24,111 nucleotides of DNA. Origin: Proteromonas lacertae (taxonomy: Eukaryota). Shown here in pieces: positions 11,259-22,850 of this stretch (position 1 is its first letter; the number at the start of each line of letters is the position of its first letter). Below the pieces are notes generated by a model. The model was not told the DNA's origin. It did not search any database and saw only the letters and a program-made list of their open reading frames with translations. The DNA is taken from contig NGBS01000034.1 in the NCBI GenBank assembly GCA_002245135.1, positions 62,001-86,111 of the forward strand, in the 5' to 3' direction. The translations under genes were made by a program, and so were the position numbers.

Positions 11259-12393
11259 GTTATTGATAAAGATTACACAGAAGAGTACCCAAATAATAAT
11301 GATTATGATTTAATTGTAGAAATAGTAAAAATACTTAAACCTCTAATCGAATTACAGAAAAGGTTGATTCAAAGAAATCGATGTTCATTAATAATTATAA
11401 TTAAAAGATTAAAAGTAGTTCATAGAATACTTATTAATTATAAAGAAATGTATAGTTTAAGTTTGAAAAAATCAATTAATGCAGCCGTAAGTGGTCTATG
11501 TTTAGAATATATTGAAGAGTTGCTTAAAAGATTTAGTAATACAGATAAATATAATTATTAATGTATAGAAAAATTTCCGTCTGAGGTAAAAGAATTAAAG
11601 ATAACATCATTGTTAGATCCATTAAATTATAAGTTGATGGTAAAAGATGATTATAGAGAATTATTATATGAAGAAATCTGTTCAGTAATATCATTGACTC
11701 ACACAACAAATGCTGTAAAAAACATATATGAAAGTGATGAAAGTGAAGAAGATGAAGAATATTTACATTCCGATAATGTCGCATTAAAAAATATAGCGTT
11801 TGAAATGTCTATAAGTTATATTAATGATTGTAAGAAATATTGTGAAGAATATTATAAAACATTTGAAATAGAAATGTATGATAAATTTGACTGCTTAAGT
11901 TATTGGCAATCCATACAAGATAAAACATATTTCAAATATTTTGAACCTTTAATTCAACATTACCTACCTATTGAAGCAACAGAATTTAGTTGCGAAAGTC
12001 TTTTTCATTATGGTTGTATGATATATTCAGATTTTAGAACAAGATTAGAATCTACAACAGTTTCAAATACATTATTTCTAATAGGAAATAGAAAAGAAAT
12101 GTTTGATATATTAAATAACATAACTGATTAAATATTATATACTTATTATGTTTTTATTTTCTCTAAGTACATGAGGCGCTCGCCTGGTCGGCGCTGGCGG
12201 TGGATGCCTGCCTAGGGGGGAGGCGCCAAACACCTTAATTATTATTTTTAGTATTTTATAAATTGTTTAATTTAAAATATAATAAACACACACACACAAA
12301 AATACAAATAGATAATATATTATTATTCGTTTATAAATTATAGAAATATATTATATATATATAAATATATATATATATATCACATATATTTGA

Positions 12394-12599
12394 TTAGAAA
12401 TTACTCAACCATTTTTCATTACCATCATATTTTGAATCTTCCAACAATTTCTTACTTTCTTTCTCTTCAACAGTTGTAATTGAATAATCATCATACATTT
12501 TATTATATTTATCATATAATGGAGATTTAACTTTATTATTCTCAATGTCTATTAAATTAATCCCTTTAAACCATTCATTTTCTAACAATTCATTGAACC
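12394..12599 (-). pseudogene. Orphan C-terminal tail of an AGC kinase (PKA/PKG-like)
   Basis: (G)FNELLENEWFKGINLIDIENNKVKSPL...YDGNEKWLSNF* matches the AGC tail pattern (xxWFKGIxW...KxP...WxxxF-COOH). Truncated exactly at the TGT terminus at 12600. Confidence 0.65.
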
Positions 12600-12607
12600 T
12601 GTAACGA

Positions 12608-13054
12608 TTTGTCTAGGAGACACTTTTGATTTCTCATATTTCATATATGAGATAATCATAATATTTCATATATGAGATAATCATAATATATTATTAACAA
12701 ATATAACAAAATTGAAATCAGAAAATAAGTTGAAACAACATTCAACTCAAATCTTTTTCCAAAATTGTTTTTTGTTTTATGTAATAGTATCAATGATTAT
12801 GAAATGATACACATAAGTTACAGAAGAAAATTGAGAAGTGAAAAATGTCTCCTAGACAAACGGCGTATTTCTAAATCTTCTCACGCCGTTTGTCTAGGAG
12901 ACACTTTTGATTTCTCATATTTCATATATGAGATAATCATAATATTTCATATATGAGATAATCATAATATATTATTAACAAATATAACAAAATTGAAATC
13001 AGAAAATAAGTTGAAACAACATTCAACTCAAATCTTTTTCCAAAATTGTTTTTT
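12608..13054. repeat. 166-bp direct repeat x2 with internal 25-bp tandem and 21-bp perfect inverted repeat
   Basis: 12608-12773 = 12889-13054. Each copy holds ATATTTCATATATGAGATAATCATA twice (e.g. 12636-12685). TGTCTCCTAGACAAACGGCGT (12846-12866) / ACGCCGTTTGTCTAGGAGACA (12883-12903). Confidence 0.95.
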
Positions 13055-13096
13055 ATGTTATGTGGATGTGTGTGCCTAATATATTCTTCATAACAA

Positions 13097-14916
13097 CTAA
13101 TCTTTAGTTAATGGATTCTTAATATCTTCTTCAGAAGTTCTAATACCAAATATATCATACACTGCATTCTTCTTTGGATTCATTACTATTTGCTGAAGTC
13201 TTTTTTTATAGGTGTTAATATCCTTTTTCTTAGGATTAGGATGAATCTATTTAATATAAAATATCATCAAATATACTAGTATTTTGTCTGCTGTTTTCTT
13301 CATATTCTCTAATAATTTTGATGAAACTTCAAGCTTTATTAAAGATGTAGATGATACTAATGGAATTTGCATGTTTTCATTTCTATTCATTAGATAGTAA
13401 TAATTTAATAATATACACTAAATATAGCTTTTTATTAACTTTATCATCTTTAACTAATGCTAGACTCTTTTCATCTTGGCACATCTTTCTTTTCACAGCT
13501 GCAATAACCACATCTCCATGTTCTGGATTAACTAGTTTATTTCCTAATTTCTTAATGGAATCATCTCTCATTTTGTTATTATAATTGAAGTTTCTTTCGT
13601 CTATATAATCTTGAAACTGTTCTATGATATTTCCATTTTGTGTTATATCTTTTTTGATTCTATCTTTATAATCTTCTTCTTCCATTATTGTTACTTCACC
13701 ATTACCACTATTACCACCATCATCACTATTATCGCTATCATTACCATCTTCATCTACATCTATAACATGATCAGAACCACCATTATTGCCATTAACGCCA
13801 TTAGCTCCTTCTTCAACTTCATATTCACTGTCTGCTTTAACTTCTTCGCCATCACTGTCATCATTACCATCATTATTATCACCTTCTATATTAGTATAAT
13901 CTGGTTTAAACTTCTTATTCTGAATCATCAACTCTTTCATGTCCATAAAGAATAAGGATCTTCCTTTACAATTTGTTCTTCTGCATCTATGATTATTAAT
14001 TATTTCTGTTATTCTTTCCAAGTATTCAGTCCAATAAACATCAGGATTATCAACCTTCATAGCTGCTATCTTTTCTTTAATGAATCTATTATATCTCTCC
14101 ACTTTACCATTGCATTGTGGGTGTCTAGGCTTGCTATGCGCAATTATAATACCATATTTACTAAGCATATCTTTCATTAAAGCATTTTTGAATTCTTTAC
14201 CATTATCCATCTGCATAATTTCAGGAGGACCAAAGATTCTTATAAAAGATTGTACATTTTTCACTGTTTCTTTATCTGTTTTGCGTTTCTGGGCATATAA
14301 CATGATAAAATTAGAGTAATGGTCGATGACAGTTAAGATATAATGGTAGAGATCTTCTTCTTTTATGTTCGTGTAATCTTTATTACAATTGTCCATTTCT
14401 ACAAGATCAATCAAAACTCTTTCTCTAGGTCTTGTAACAACAATAGGGTGTGTTGGTTGTGCTCTTTTAGCCTCCTTAAGTTTAATACAATCATAGCATG
14501 TTGTCAAATAAGCTCTAATCATCTTTCTGTTAATACCATAATAACCATGAACTGGATCATTAATTACATCTCTTAAAGATGATTCTTTACAATGGGCATT
14601 ATCTCTATGTAACTTGTCTAAGAAGTCGAATGAATCTTCAAATTTAATGACTTCTCTTCCTTTAAAATACAGTTTACCTGTAGATTCATCGCAAGTGTAA
14701 TAGCCTCTATTGGCTGAAGTTCCAGCTAAATCATGAAAGAACTTGTACTTATTCTTATCAAAAGCTGCACAATCACGAGTCTTTTTATTGCTCTTTCCCT
14801 TCGGCTGTACCACCTTCTCTGGTTGGTCATTTTTTGCCAGTAACACCTTTATCTTCTCATAATAAAGAGTTTTATGATCGCTCTTTATGACGCTTTCTAG
14901 ATTTAGAATGTCGGAC
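13097..14916 (-). CDS. DDE integrase/transposase (H2C2 zinc finger + rve core; KRBA2/SCAND3/Ginger-like), spliced
   Basis: LHRDNAH...CYDC, IDLVEMD, TVIDHYS, QMDNGKEF, SKPRHPQCNGKVERYN. The frame is open upstream to 14916. Introns at 13383-13416 (34 nt) and 13247-13276 (30 nt) extend it in phase to ...IKNPLTKD* (TAG 13097-13099). Start codon unresolved. Confidence 0.9.
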
Positions 14917-15392
14917 CTATGATAGAGATTATAATAGGAATATATAGAATGATATATATTTATAGAAATTATAGTAGAATAGCTTTTATAGATATTTTAC
15001 TGTGTTATTTTATAATACTCTTACCCCCCCCAAAAAAAATGATTTATTATTTAAGATGTAAGTGTAACAATATTTATAAAAATATATCTTCTTTTTTCTT
15101 TTCTTTTGACTATTTTAAATTATACCAATGTAATAATTTACCAATCATTCATTACAATTGTTATATGTGTTGTATTATTATAGTAATCATTCAATACAAT
15201 TTACCAATAATTCTTTTTATTTATATAAATTCTGATTATTGAAAATGTATTTTTCATTAATTTGGTATAATATTTCTAGAAGAAGAAAGAATAATTATCA
15301 TCTTATTTTACTATAATTCTTCTAAAACCATTATCAACACAATTCCACTTTAATTTTTTTATTTGTATTTTTCATTTAATTTCTTTTCTTTC

Positions 15393-15715
15393 TCATATCA
15401 TATTTTCAATCTTTGCTTCATCTTGGGCACCAACTACTATCTCATCATATTGATCTTCAAATCTTGCTAAATTCATTATAAAGATATTATCTAATGTAAA
15501 TGTCTTGGTTATTGCAATTATCTTTAAAGTTTTGAATTAATATTAAACTCTCTTTGAAATTATCAATCACTTCATAATATACTAGAATTTTCATAAACAA
15601 AGTCTCTTATACGTTTATAAATTGTATAAATATGGGATATGGAGTAATGGGTAGTTTGAATAACATCTCAGTATTTAATAATTCTTCTATCTTTTCATTC
15701 AACTTTTGTTTATTG
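15393..15715 (-). pseudogene. Axonemal dynein heavy-chain tail/linker fragment (DNAH10/inner-arm I1-like), internally deleted
   Basis: Manual translation: KIEELLNTEMLFKLPITPYPIF and KTFTLDNIFIMNLARFEDQYDEIVVGAQDEAKIENMI, resembling DHC motifs AEKLFDLPITxYP and FTLENxFAMxL...EIVxxAxxExxIE. Not in the ORF track. Confidence 0.7.
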
Positions 15716-15719
15716 AATA

Positions 15720-18700
15720 TTTTCTACTGGAAATGCCCCAGTATCTACTGTTTGAGTTTCACCTGCTTCAATATCGATTTGGGTTGGTTCTATTGTGAAT
15801 ATTCCATCATCATTTTTCATTGACAAATCAACTGTTGCAGAAAACATTCCATTATTACTGAATTAAATTGTTTCACAATTACTAGCTTTTAAAGATGGAT
15901 TGTTTTCTCTCATATTTATGTTTTTGCCTATTAATAATTGACCAAATTCATAATATCCTTTGTTCTTTATTTATCTCTTACTTATTATTTGTTGTTCATT
16001 CTTTTGTTTTATTGATTTCATAAATATATCTTTCGGATTTTGATTAATTTTTGGATAATCACAAATACCACTGATTGGAACTTCATACGTTTTATCTTTA
16101 TTAACTATCTCAAAGTGGAAACAATAGTTAAATTTACAAGTTTCTAATTATTCAAATGTCACTTTTAATGGCAATTCTTCATCAGGTTCTAATTTCCATC
16201 TTGTGGCATTATTTTCATCTATTAATTTATAATTACTTGTTGATATTAAGGGTTTTCTTGAATTTGCTTCTTAACTAATTGGAATACTACTGGAGGTGGA
16301 ACTTTCCAATCTCCATATGTATTAAACAATGGAACTGTTTCTTTGATTTCTTGAATTATTATATCAATATCACTTTCACCATTGTTATTGATTATATCAC
16401 ATAATAAACCAACTCCAAATGGTGGTGGAGGAGGTGGTGGTGGTTTTTCTTTTTTACATTTCTATGAGTTTTTATCTCCTTTCTTATCAATTGATTTACT
16501 TCTTTTTCCTCCTTTCTTTGGATCAGATAAAGCTGATCTTTCTTCTACTACTGGTTCTGGTTCTTCAGGTGGTGGTAATTCCACTGCCAATTTATCACCT
16601 ACATTTCTTACTTCAGTTTGAATTACATTATAATCTTTATATTATACAATAAGTTGGTACTCCTTGTACTTTGATTGGAATTGCTAAATCATATCTTCCA
16701 TAAGGCAAATCAGATTTCGCTGTAAAACTAGCTGTAAATGTCACTGTTGAACTTTCTGGTAATCTTTTCACTTCATCTGGAGTTAATGTATATCCACTCT
16801 CTTTTAAAGTTCTTCTTTCTATTCCGAAATTCACTGGTAAATTACCTATGTTAGTTATTGTAAATGTCTTCGTCTTGCAATCAATTCGAACTACATTACC
16901 AAAATCTACTACATAATAAGCTAATGGAAATTCACCTAAATGTAAATTAGATATTTTCTTATTCGCCATTTTTGTTGTTTTGCCTGTTTTATTACTGATA
17001 TTTGTTAAACCAGTTTCAGGTGTTTTTGTGGTTTTATCAACTACTCCTTCACTTTTTGAACCATTTATTGATGTTCCATTTAATTCTTTCTCTTTTCGAG
17101 CTAAACATAAATCAACAGGATTTTGATTGTTTATTTCACCTAATAATTAATCAATATAATATAATCTTAATGCTTCAAATTCTCTATCAACTGTGATTTG
17201 TAATCCTGTTGTATTCTTTCCTGAAGGTAATTTGTTCGTAATTGTTCGTATTTATCATTCTGTTGTGAATTCTTACTTCTGACAGAAACTGATTTTTGAC
17301 TATTTACTCTTGCAGAATACTGTTTCTTGTTTTCATCTTTTTCTTTTTCTTTACATTTTTCTTCTTCTGCATTTGTATTTGCTATAGTTGGTTCTTCACT
17401 ATGTGGTGCTAATTCTCCTTCTAGTTTTGGTTCTGGTGGTAATTCTTTTAACCATGTGTTGGTGAATTAACTGGAACTCCATCTACAATTATTGGCTTTT
17501 CAGCTTCAACTGGTTTTTCTTTTTCTTCTTCTGTTGACGGTTGTTCTGGCTGTTGTTGTTGTCTTGCTTCTTCTCCTTCAGTATTTATAATAGTGTTATT
17601 ATTACTTTCATCTATTGAAGATTCCACTACTTCAGGTAAAGATGGTTGTTGTTTGATTGGTGATGGTAAAGCTGGAATGATAATGGATGTTCTGTATTGG
17701 ATAATTCAATCAATCTATCAGCTTCTTCTAAGTAGTATTCCCAATTATCTGGTATTCAGCATCATTCGCTTTGATATTTGCATAAATACCTGTTATATAA
17801 AGTAGAAAATCTATTGGAACATAATGAGCTATTTCTATTGCTAATTTCTCTATTACTGAATCTGGAATTCCTACTCTCATTTTAACAGAGATTCTTTGTT
17901 GATCATGAGATGGAATTAATCCATTACATGGTGAAACACCAACTAAACCAGGTCGAGATACATTATCAGTTGAGATTTTAAATGGAAAATCTACTGAACC
18001 TGTATTAAATATATGAAAATCTCTTTCTTCTACTTTCATATAAGGAATTCTACTAAAATCAATATGTTGTTTATCCAATCTATAAGATACTACAGAACTT
18101 TCACCTTTCATTTTGATATTATAAACTGGTCCTCCATCTACATAACATTTACCCAATGCTCTTGATAATACATGTGGTATTCCAGAATATCTCAAATCCA
18201 TTTCTTCACATTCACCTAGTTGTAAAATACCTTGAATTGGAGTGATTTCAAATACTTCATTGATTGGAGATGTTTGATTTTCAGTTTCATCTATTTCTAA
18301 TTCCCAATGATCAGGACAAGGAATTGTTCGACGATTTTCAGTTGAAAATAATAATGTTTTTTGAGAATTATTCAATATACAACCAAAATCAAAATCATTT
18401 TGAGATAACCATAAATTGGGAAAGGCAACATCAGCTACACATGGAATTGAATCTTTCTGAGGATAATCTTCATATCTTATATTCAATATTCCATTTATTT
18501 TACATGAGATTTTATCATCTTTATAATTTGGATCAAATTCCACTGTCACATTCGTTGATTCATTTGGTTCTAAATGGAATTCATTCATACTCAATAATAA
18601 TGGAGCTGCTACACTTATTATCACATCTAAACTCAACGTTGATATATTCTTAAATACAACTGTCTTACTTTGAACTTCGATTTTCTCTTCAGAACATTGA

Positions 18701-20200
18701 ATTAATGGATTCATAAAGTTCACTTTTACTTCGGTTTCTTTTGCTTCATTATTTCTTATTTCTCCATCAATTTCCTCAAACAAGAAAACATTTTCATCAC
18801 TTCACAGGGTTTTTCACAACTTCAGATGTTACAAAATTTCAAGCAGTATTGGGTTTTTAATTCGATTGCATTGTGAGTTATAGTAAATATAGCTTCATAA
18901 GGTTTGAATTCCATTTCACTTTCCATCTTTGATTTATTGGCTTTAAAAAGATTTTTCTTTTTCTGCTGCAGTTTGATTTATCCAAGTTAATCTTTGACTT
19001 CTTAAACCTCGATTTTCTAATAAAAATACTCTTCGATTGTTCTGTTTGTGAATTGATCACCAAAATTAATTACATCTACTGGATCTTCTCAAAATATTGC
19101 TGTTATTATACATTTAGCTGTAACTGGAAGAATTGCACTATCTCCTTCAGTTATTGCTATGTATATTGTATCTTTATAAGCTGATACATCTTCCAACATA
19201 CACCTAACTACTATCTTTTGAGATTCTTTACTTTGTAATATACCATCAACTATATCAGTATTAAAATAAAATCCTCGTTCAAAATCTAATTTATAAAAAG
19301 CTGGAATTGAAGTTGGATTAGTTATTGTAAATTCTTTTGTATGAGTATCTAAACAAGTTATATCACCAAATTTTATATGATTTAAAGTAGATTTTATCAC
19401 TGGTCCAAGTCCATTTGCTTCTAATACTAATACCAATGGAGGATATTGACTGCCAATTATTTGAATATATAATGGAATTCTCATATCACCTAATTTCTCA
19501 GGATTTAATTAAATTTTAATCATTTGAGTGCCATTGGTCCAATTACTTCTTTCATCTTGTTCTGTTTTCAAATTGAGCATATAAATTGGATTTATTCTTT
19601 AATGTTAAAGTTCGATAATAAGTATATCTTAAATAATACCATATTTCAATGATTCTTCTAATAATTCTACTTCAGCTACTCGACATTCAGCACTTATTGG
19701 AATTGTTAATAAAGCTTCACCTGCACTTTCAATATCAATTGCTAAACAATAATCATATACTTTTATTGTTTGAGATATGAAATTGATTTTGATTTTCTCT
19801 TCTCCTTTTGGTAATACTGTTGCTACTGCTTGAATTATTTCGAATTCTTTGTTTAAGTAATTACCATCTTGAGGAACTCGTAAATTGAATATAAATGGAA
19901 CAGAGGAAGTATTTCTTAATATCAAATCAGTTGAGTTTAAAAACGCATAACTTACAATACCAAAATCTAGTTTATTCTTATTAAAGAAGAATGTTGGACC
20001 AACTACATGTCCTTTTATTGTTAATACCACATTATTAGTTGCTCCTTTTAATGCAAATTCAAAATGATCACTAAATTCACCAAGAGTTGAACTTGTATAA
20101 GATACTTCGATTGTTACACTTTCTTCTATATCTAATTCACCTTGGTGGAGTAAATAGTACATTTGGTTTAATTGATCCTTCATTGGTAAGTGATACTTCA
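15720..20200 (-). pseudogene. HYDIN: HYDIN (axonemal central-pair protein) partial pseudogene with stops, frameshifts and a large internal deletion near 16640
   Basis: Collinear ASH/Ig-like segments: LTIKGHVVGPTFFFNKNKLDFGIVSY; FDPNYKDD...VAFPNLWLSQNDFDFGCILN; EVFEITPIQGIL...VDGGPVYNIKMKGESS; IEIAHYVP; YVVDFGNVV; after the jump, RWKLEP...FHFEIV...GICDYPKINQNP...YEFGQLLIGK. Confidence 0.92.
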
Positions 20201-20204
20201 ACCA

Positions 20205-22845
20205 ATATCTATTCTCAGTATTTTCACATGTCTTTCCATAAGCGATATTTAAAATAAGCTTAAAAGTATCAGCATCAGCATCCCTTCCTTCTAACTTAGC
20301 TTGTCTTCTTAAGTTATGATTCATCATTACAAAATTATGTGCATAATTAGACTCTTTAAATCTGATAATTTTATGAATATGATGTATAACATAGTTATAT
20401 TTGTTGTTAAATCACATACTATTTTAGGAACATTTGACTTTAACTTTTTGACTTTATATGGTTTATCAATATTATTTTTTAACTTCTGAAACTAATCCTA
20501 AAGACTCTGCCCATTTCTTTTGTATTTCAGATAAATTATCATAGTCAACTATTTTTCTTTCAGGTAACAAAGGATATTCAGCAAATTTTTTTCTTTCATC
20601 GCTATTACTAGGAGGAGAAATATCTACTTCCAGAATATATCCATACATATTTTTATTAATCCATTCTGTATTGTAATATTTTTCTCTTTGTTCTTCATAG
20701 TAATGTAATGATAATATTTTCTTTACATTTTCAGTAGTTGGTTCAATCCATTCAAATTCACTATATGGTAACTTCATGCTAGCCATAGTACTTGGATATA
20801 AACTATTATAATCCATATACAAAATATATGTTTGATTATCTGGATCCTGTACTTCCTTTTTTTTTCTCTTGCCATTGTGGTTGATAATGATTCCAAGACT
20901 CTGCATATCTCATACTACCAACCATAGAAATCCCACCTATTAATCCAGAATGTATAAAGTCATAAATATCAGAGTCACTTATTAAATCAATTTTTACATC
21001 ACAATTTTTAAGGAATATACTCCAAGATAAACCAGGTGAACTACAATGCCATAATGGATCCAAAGTAAAATTATTCCATATAACATCTCTAAAATGTTCA
21101 AATACGCATGTTAAAGTAAGAACATCTAATCTGAGATAAAATAAATTGTAGTCCATTAAGTTATCACATTTAATAACTTTCCATAAAGCCTGACAACTAG
21201 CATATTCAACATCTGTTACAGTATTATCATCTTTTAGCTTTGAATAGAATGCTTCTTTAGGAGGTAGTTCAAAAGTATTAAAATATTTAGATAATGAATC
21301 TACATATTCATATGGAAAATATCCTTTAGATAAACACCATTTATGGATAAAAGCATCAATATTCATATCATGATCCAATTTGCCAGGAGCAGAAATTTTT
21401 TTATAAATATCTTCATATACATAACTGAAATATTTTTGATAATTTCCATTATCCTTTTTGCTTGAGTATATAATGACTTTGTTAAAGAATCTAAAGAACT
21501 TGGTAAGAATTGATATGAGTCCATAAAGTATAATTTGTTGAACTTTATTAATAAAAATTTATTATCTGTTTTGGGTAATACTGATAACTGTGATTTATAT
21601 TGTTTTTTGTTTTTATATTTTCTTATTTTGCCATCTTTACATTTAATAATTCTATAAGCAGATTGTTCATCTATTTCATCTATTACATCTTCTAATTCTA
21701 ACAATGCATTAACTTCTTCATTATTAATTTGGATTATTTCACTTTCAGCTTCTTGAGTTTCCATATCACTTAAAGAATCATGTAATGACTCATACTGAAA
21801 TTATTATTATCATCTTTTTCTTTTGTTTTTCTTTTCTTAAATTTTTCACATAATCTTTTATTTTATTTGCTGTTATAAAGCCATTAGTATAAGGAGGTAA
21901 TGGAGTAAATGTATCACTATCTTGATGTGGAACAGGAATAGAATTAGAATTAATACTATTATCATCTTCTTCAGTATCACTATCAGATTCAGTATCTGAA
22001 GCATAATTTACATTAGGATCAATATTATTTTCTTTACAAAATTCATCTCTTAACTTATTATCCCATCTGGACAATCCTCTAATAATGAAATTATTGTCAT
22101 AATTTTTGGAATTATGAGCAATACAAGGGATTGGCATATTATTTAAACATACATGGAAGTTACAATTATTACATATTCTACCTATAAATTGTCCACTAAA
22201 GTGGTCGTGGTGTAAACAGGTTTCTTATTCTTATTTATAATCAAATGGTTCTTTACAGTATATGCAATAATTCAATTTATTTTTAGGATCTTCTCTATTA
22301 TATCCTATCATTTTTCAGGATTTTTTAATTTTTCTTCATATAAATCTAATATTTCTTTTTGTATTTCCATAAATTTAGCTATTAATCTATCCTCTAAATC
22401 TGTTTCATTATCTTTAGGTGTTTTAAAATCATACTCAATTTTATTAGGATATATATTAGGATATTTTGATACAACATATAAACACCAACTGGATAATATA
22501 TGCTTTGATAATATACCTTTCTCATTTAAAATTGGATCTGTTACTTTCTCCTGATAAACTTCAGTATCCCAATATATTACTATAGGTATTAATTGCATAT
22601 ATTTAAAGTTTTTAAATTCCAATTGAATATTTTTCTCAGGGAAATTTCTTATAATACCTTTATGTTGTTGACAATTATATTTTTCATGTTGTATTCTTTT
22701 TTCATCTGTTGATAATAAAGCAAAACAATAATTACATCTAGGATAACCATTTTACACTTCTTTCCTTTAGGTATTAATATTACATTTAATTTTGTAATAG
22801 TATAATAATGTTTTTCATTATATAATAAATTTACAAGTGGATAAT
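20205..22845 (-). pseudogene. Protein-primed family B DNA polymerase (Polinton/Maverick pPolB), frameshifted and truncated at both ends
   Basis: N-terminal CNYC...H...C; ExoI IYWDTE; EndoVII-like CIYC...HDHFSGQFIGRICNNCN; ExoII AHNSKNYD; FMDSYQFLPSSLDSL; KGYFPYEY; ExoIII YLRLDVLTL; GGISMV; motif A YMDYNSLYPSTM; motif B KLILNIAYGKTCEN. Motif C (DTDS) is absent. Confidence 0.95.
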
Positions 22846-22850
22846 ATATA

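Larger units (their letters stand above)
10218..12131 (+). pseudogene. hAT (BED-finger) transposase with two introns, in-frame stops and frameshifts
   Basis: Splicing 10321-10348 gives the BED finger CILC...SNTSHLKSHLMKKH. Downstream motifs: IQMDHW (first catalytic D), TAANSASDM (second D appears lost), CFSHRLHN (CxxH), VRWFS, LLDP and EATEFSCESLFH...RTRL (catalytic E/dimerisation). Stops at 10591-10593 and 11559-11561; frameshifts near 10615 and 10812. Confidence 0.9.
9936..12237 (+). mobile_element. hAT DNA transposon (dead autonomous-type copy)
   Basis: Contains a transposase pseudogene. Left terminus TAAGGTGCTAAAAAC occurs twice (9936 and 10035); right terminus CACCTTA ends at 12237 after a GC-rich subterminal block with GGCGC motifs. 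No 8-bp TSD for either left end. Confidence 0.7.
12600..15000 (-). mobile_element. Ginger-like (retroviral-integrase-type) DNA transposon; one terminus visible
   Basis: Begins TGTAACG at 12600 with a complex subterminal repeat block, followed by an integrase gene with no gag, RT or RNaseH. The matching right terminus was not found, so the right boundary is approximate. Confidence 0.6.

Noticed and set aside
9935..12238. piggyBac element, because of TTAA at both ends
   Set aside because: The enclosed transposase has BED, DxW, CxxH, RW and hAT dimerisation motifs; TTAA overlaps the inverted termini and is common in AT-rich DNA.
12280..12390. (CA)n and (TA)n tracts as Polinton terminal repeats
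   Set aside because: Short microsatellites with no associated TIR or TSD.
12600..13054. CRISPR array or LTR pair
   Set aside because: Only two long adjacent units, no unique spacers or cas genes; the repeats do not flank the integrase, and there is no PBS, RT or gag.
13351..15242. Plus-strand ORFs (13351, 13611, 13989, 14080, 14343, 14919)
   Set aside because: Antisense shadows of the integrase or low-complexity AT-rich sequence without motifs.
15632..18653. Plus-strand ORFs over HYDIN/dynein, including poly-Gly 16382..16621
   Set aside because: Antisense shadows of minus-strand pseudogenes.
19629..20327. Functional pPolB-HYDIN fusion protein
   Set aside because: Upstream pPolB is frameshifted, motif C is missing, and the open frame depends on a compensating frameshift in HYDIN.
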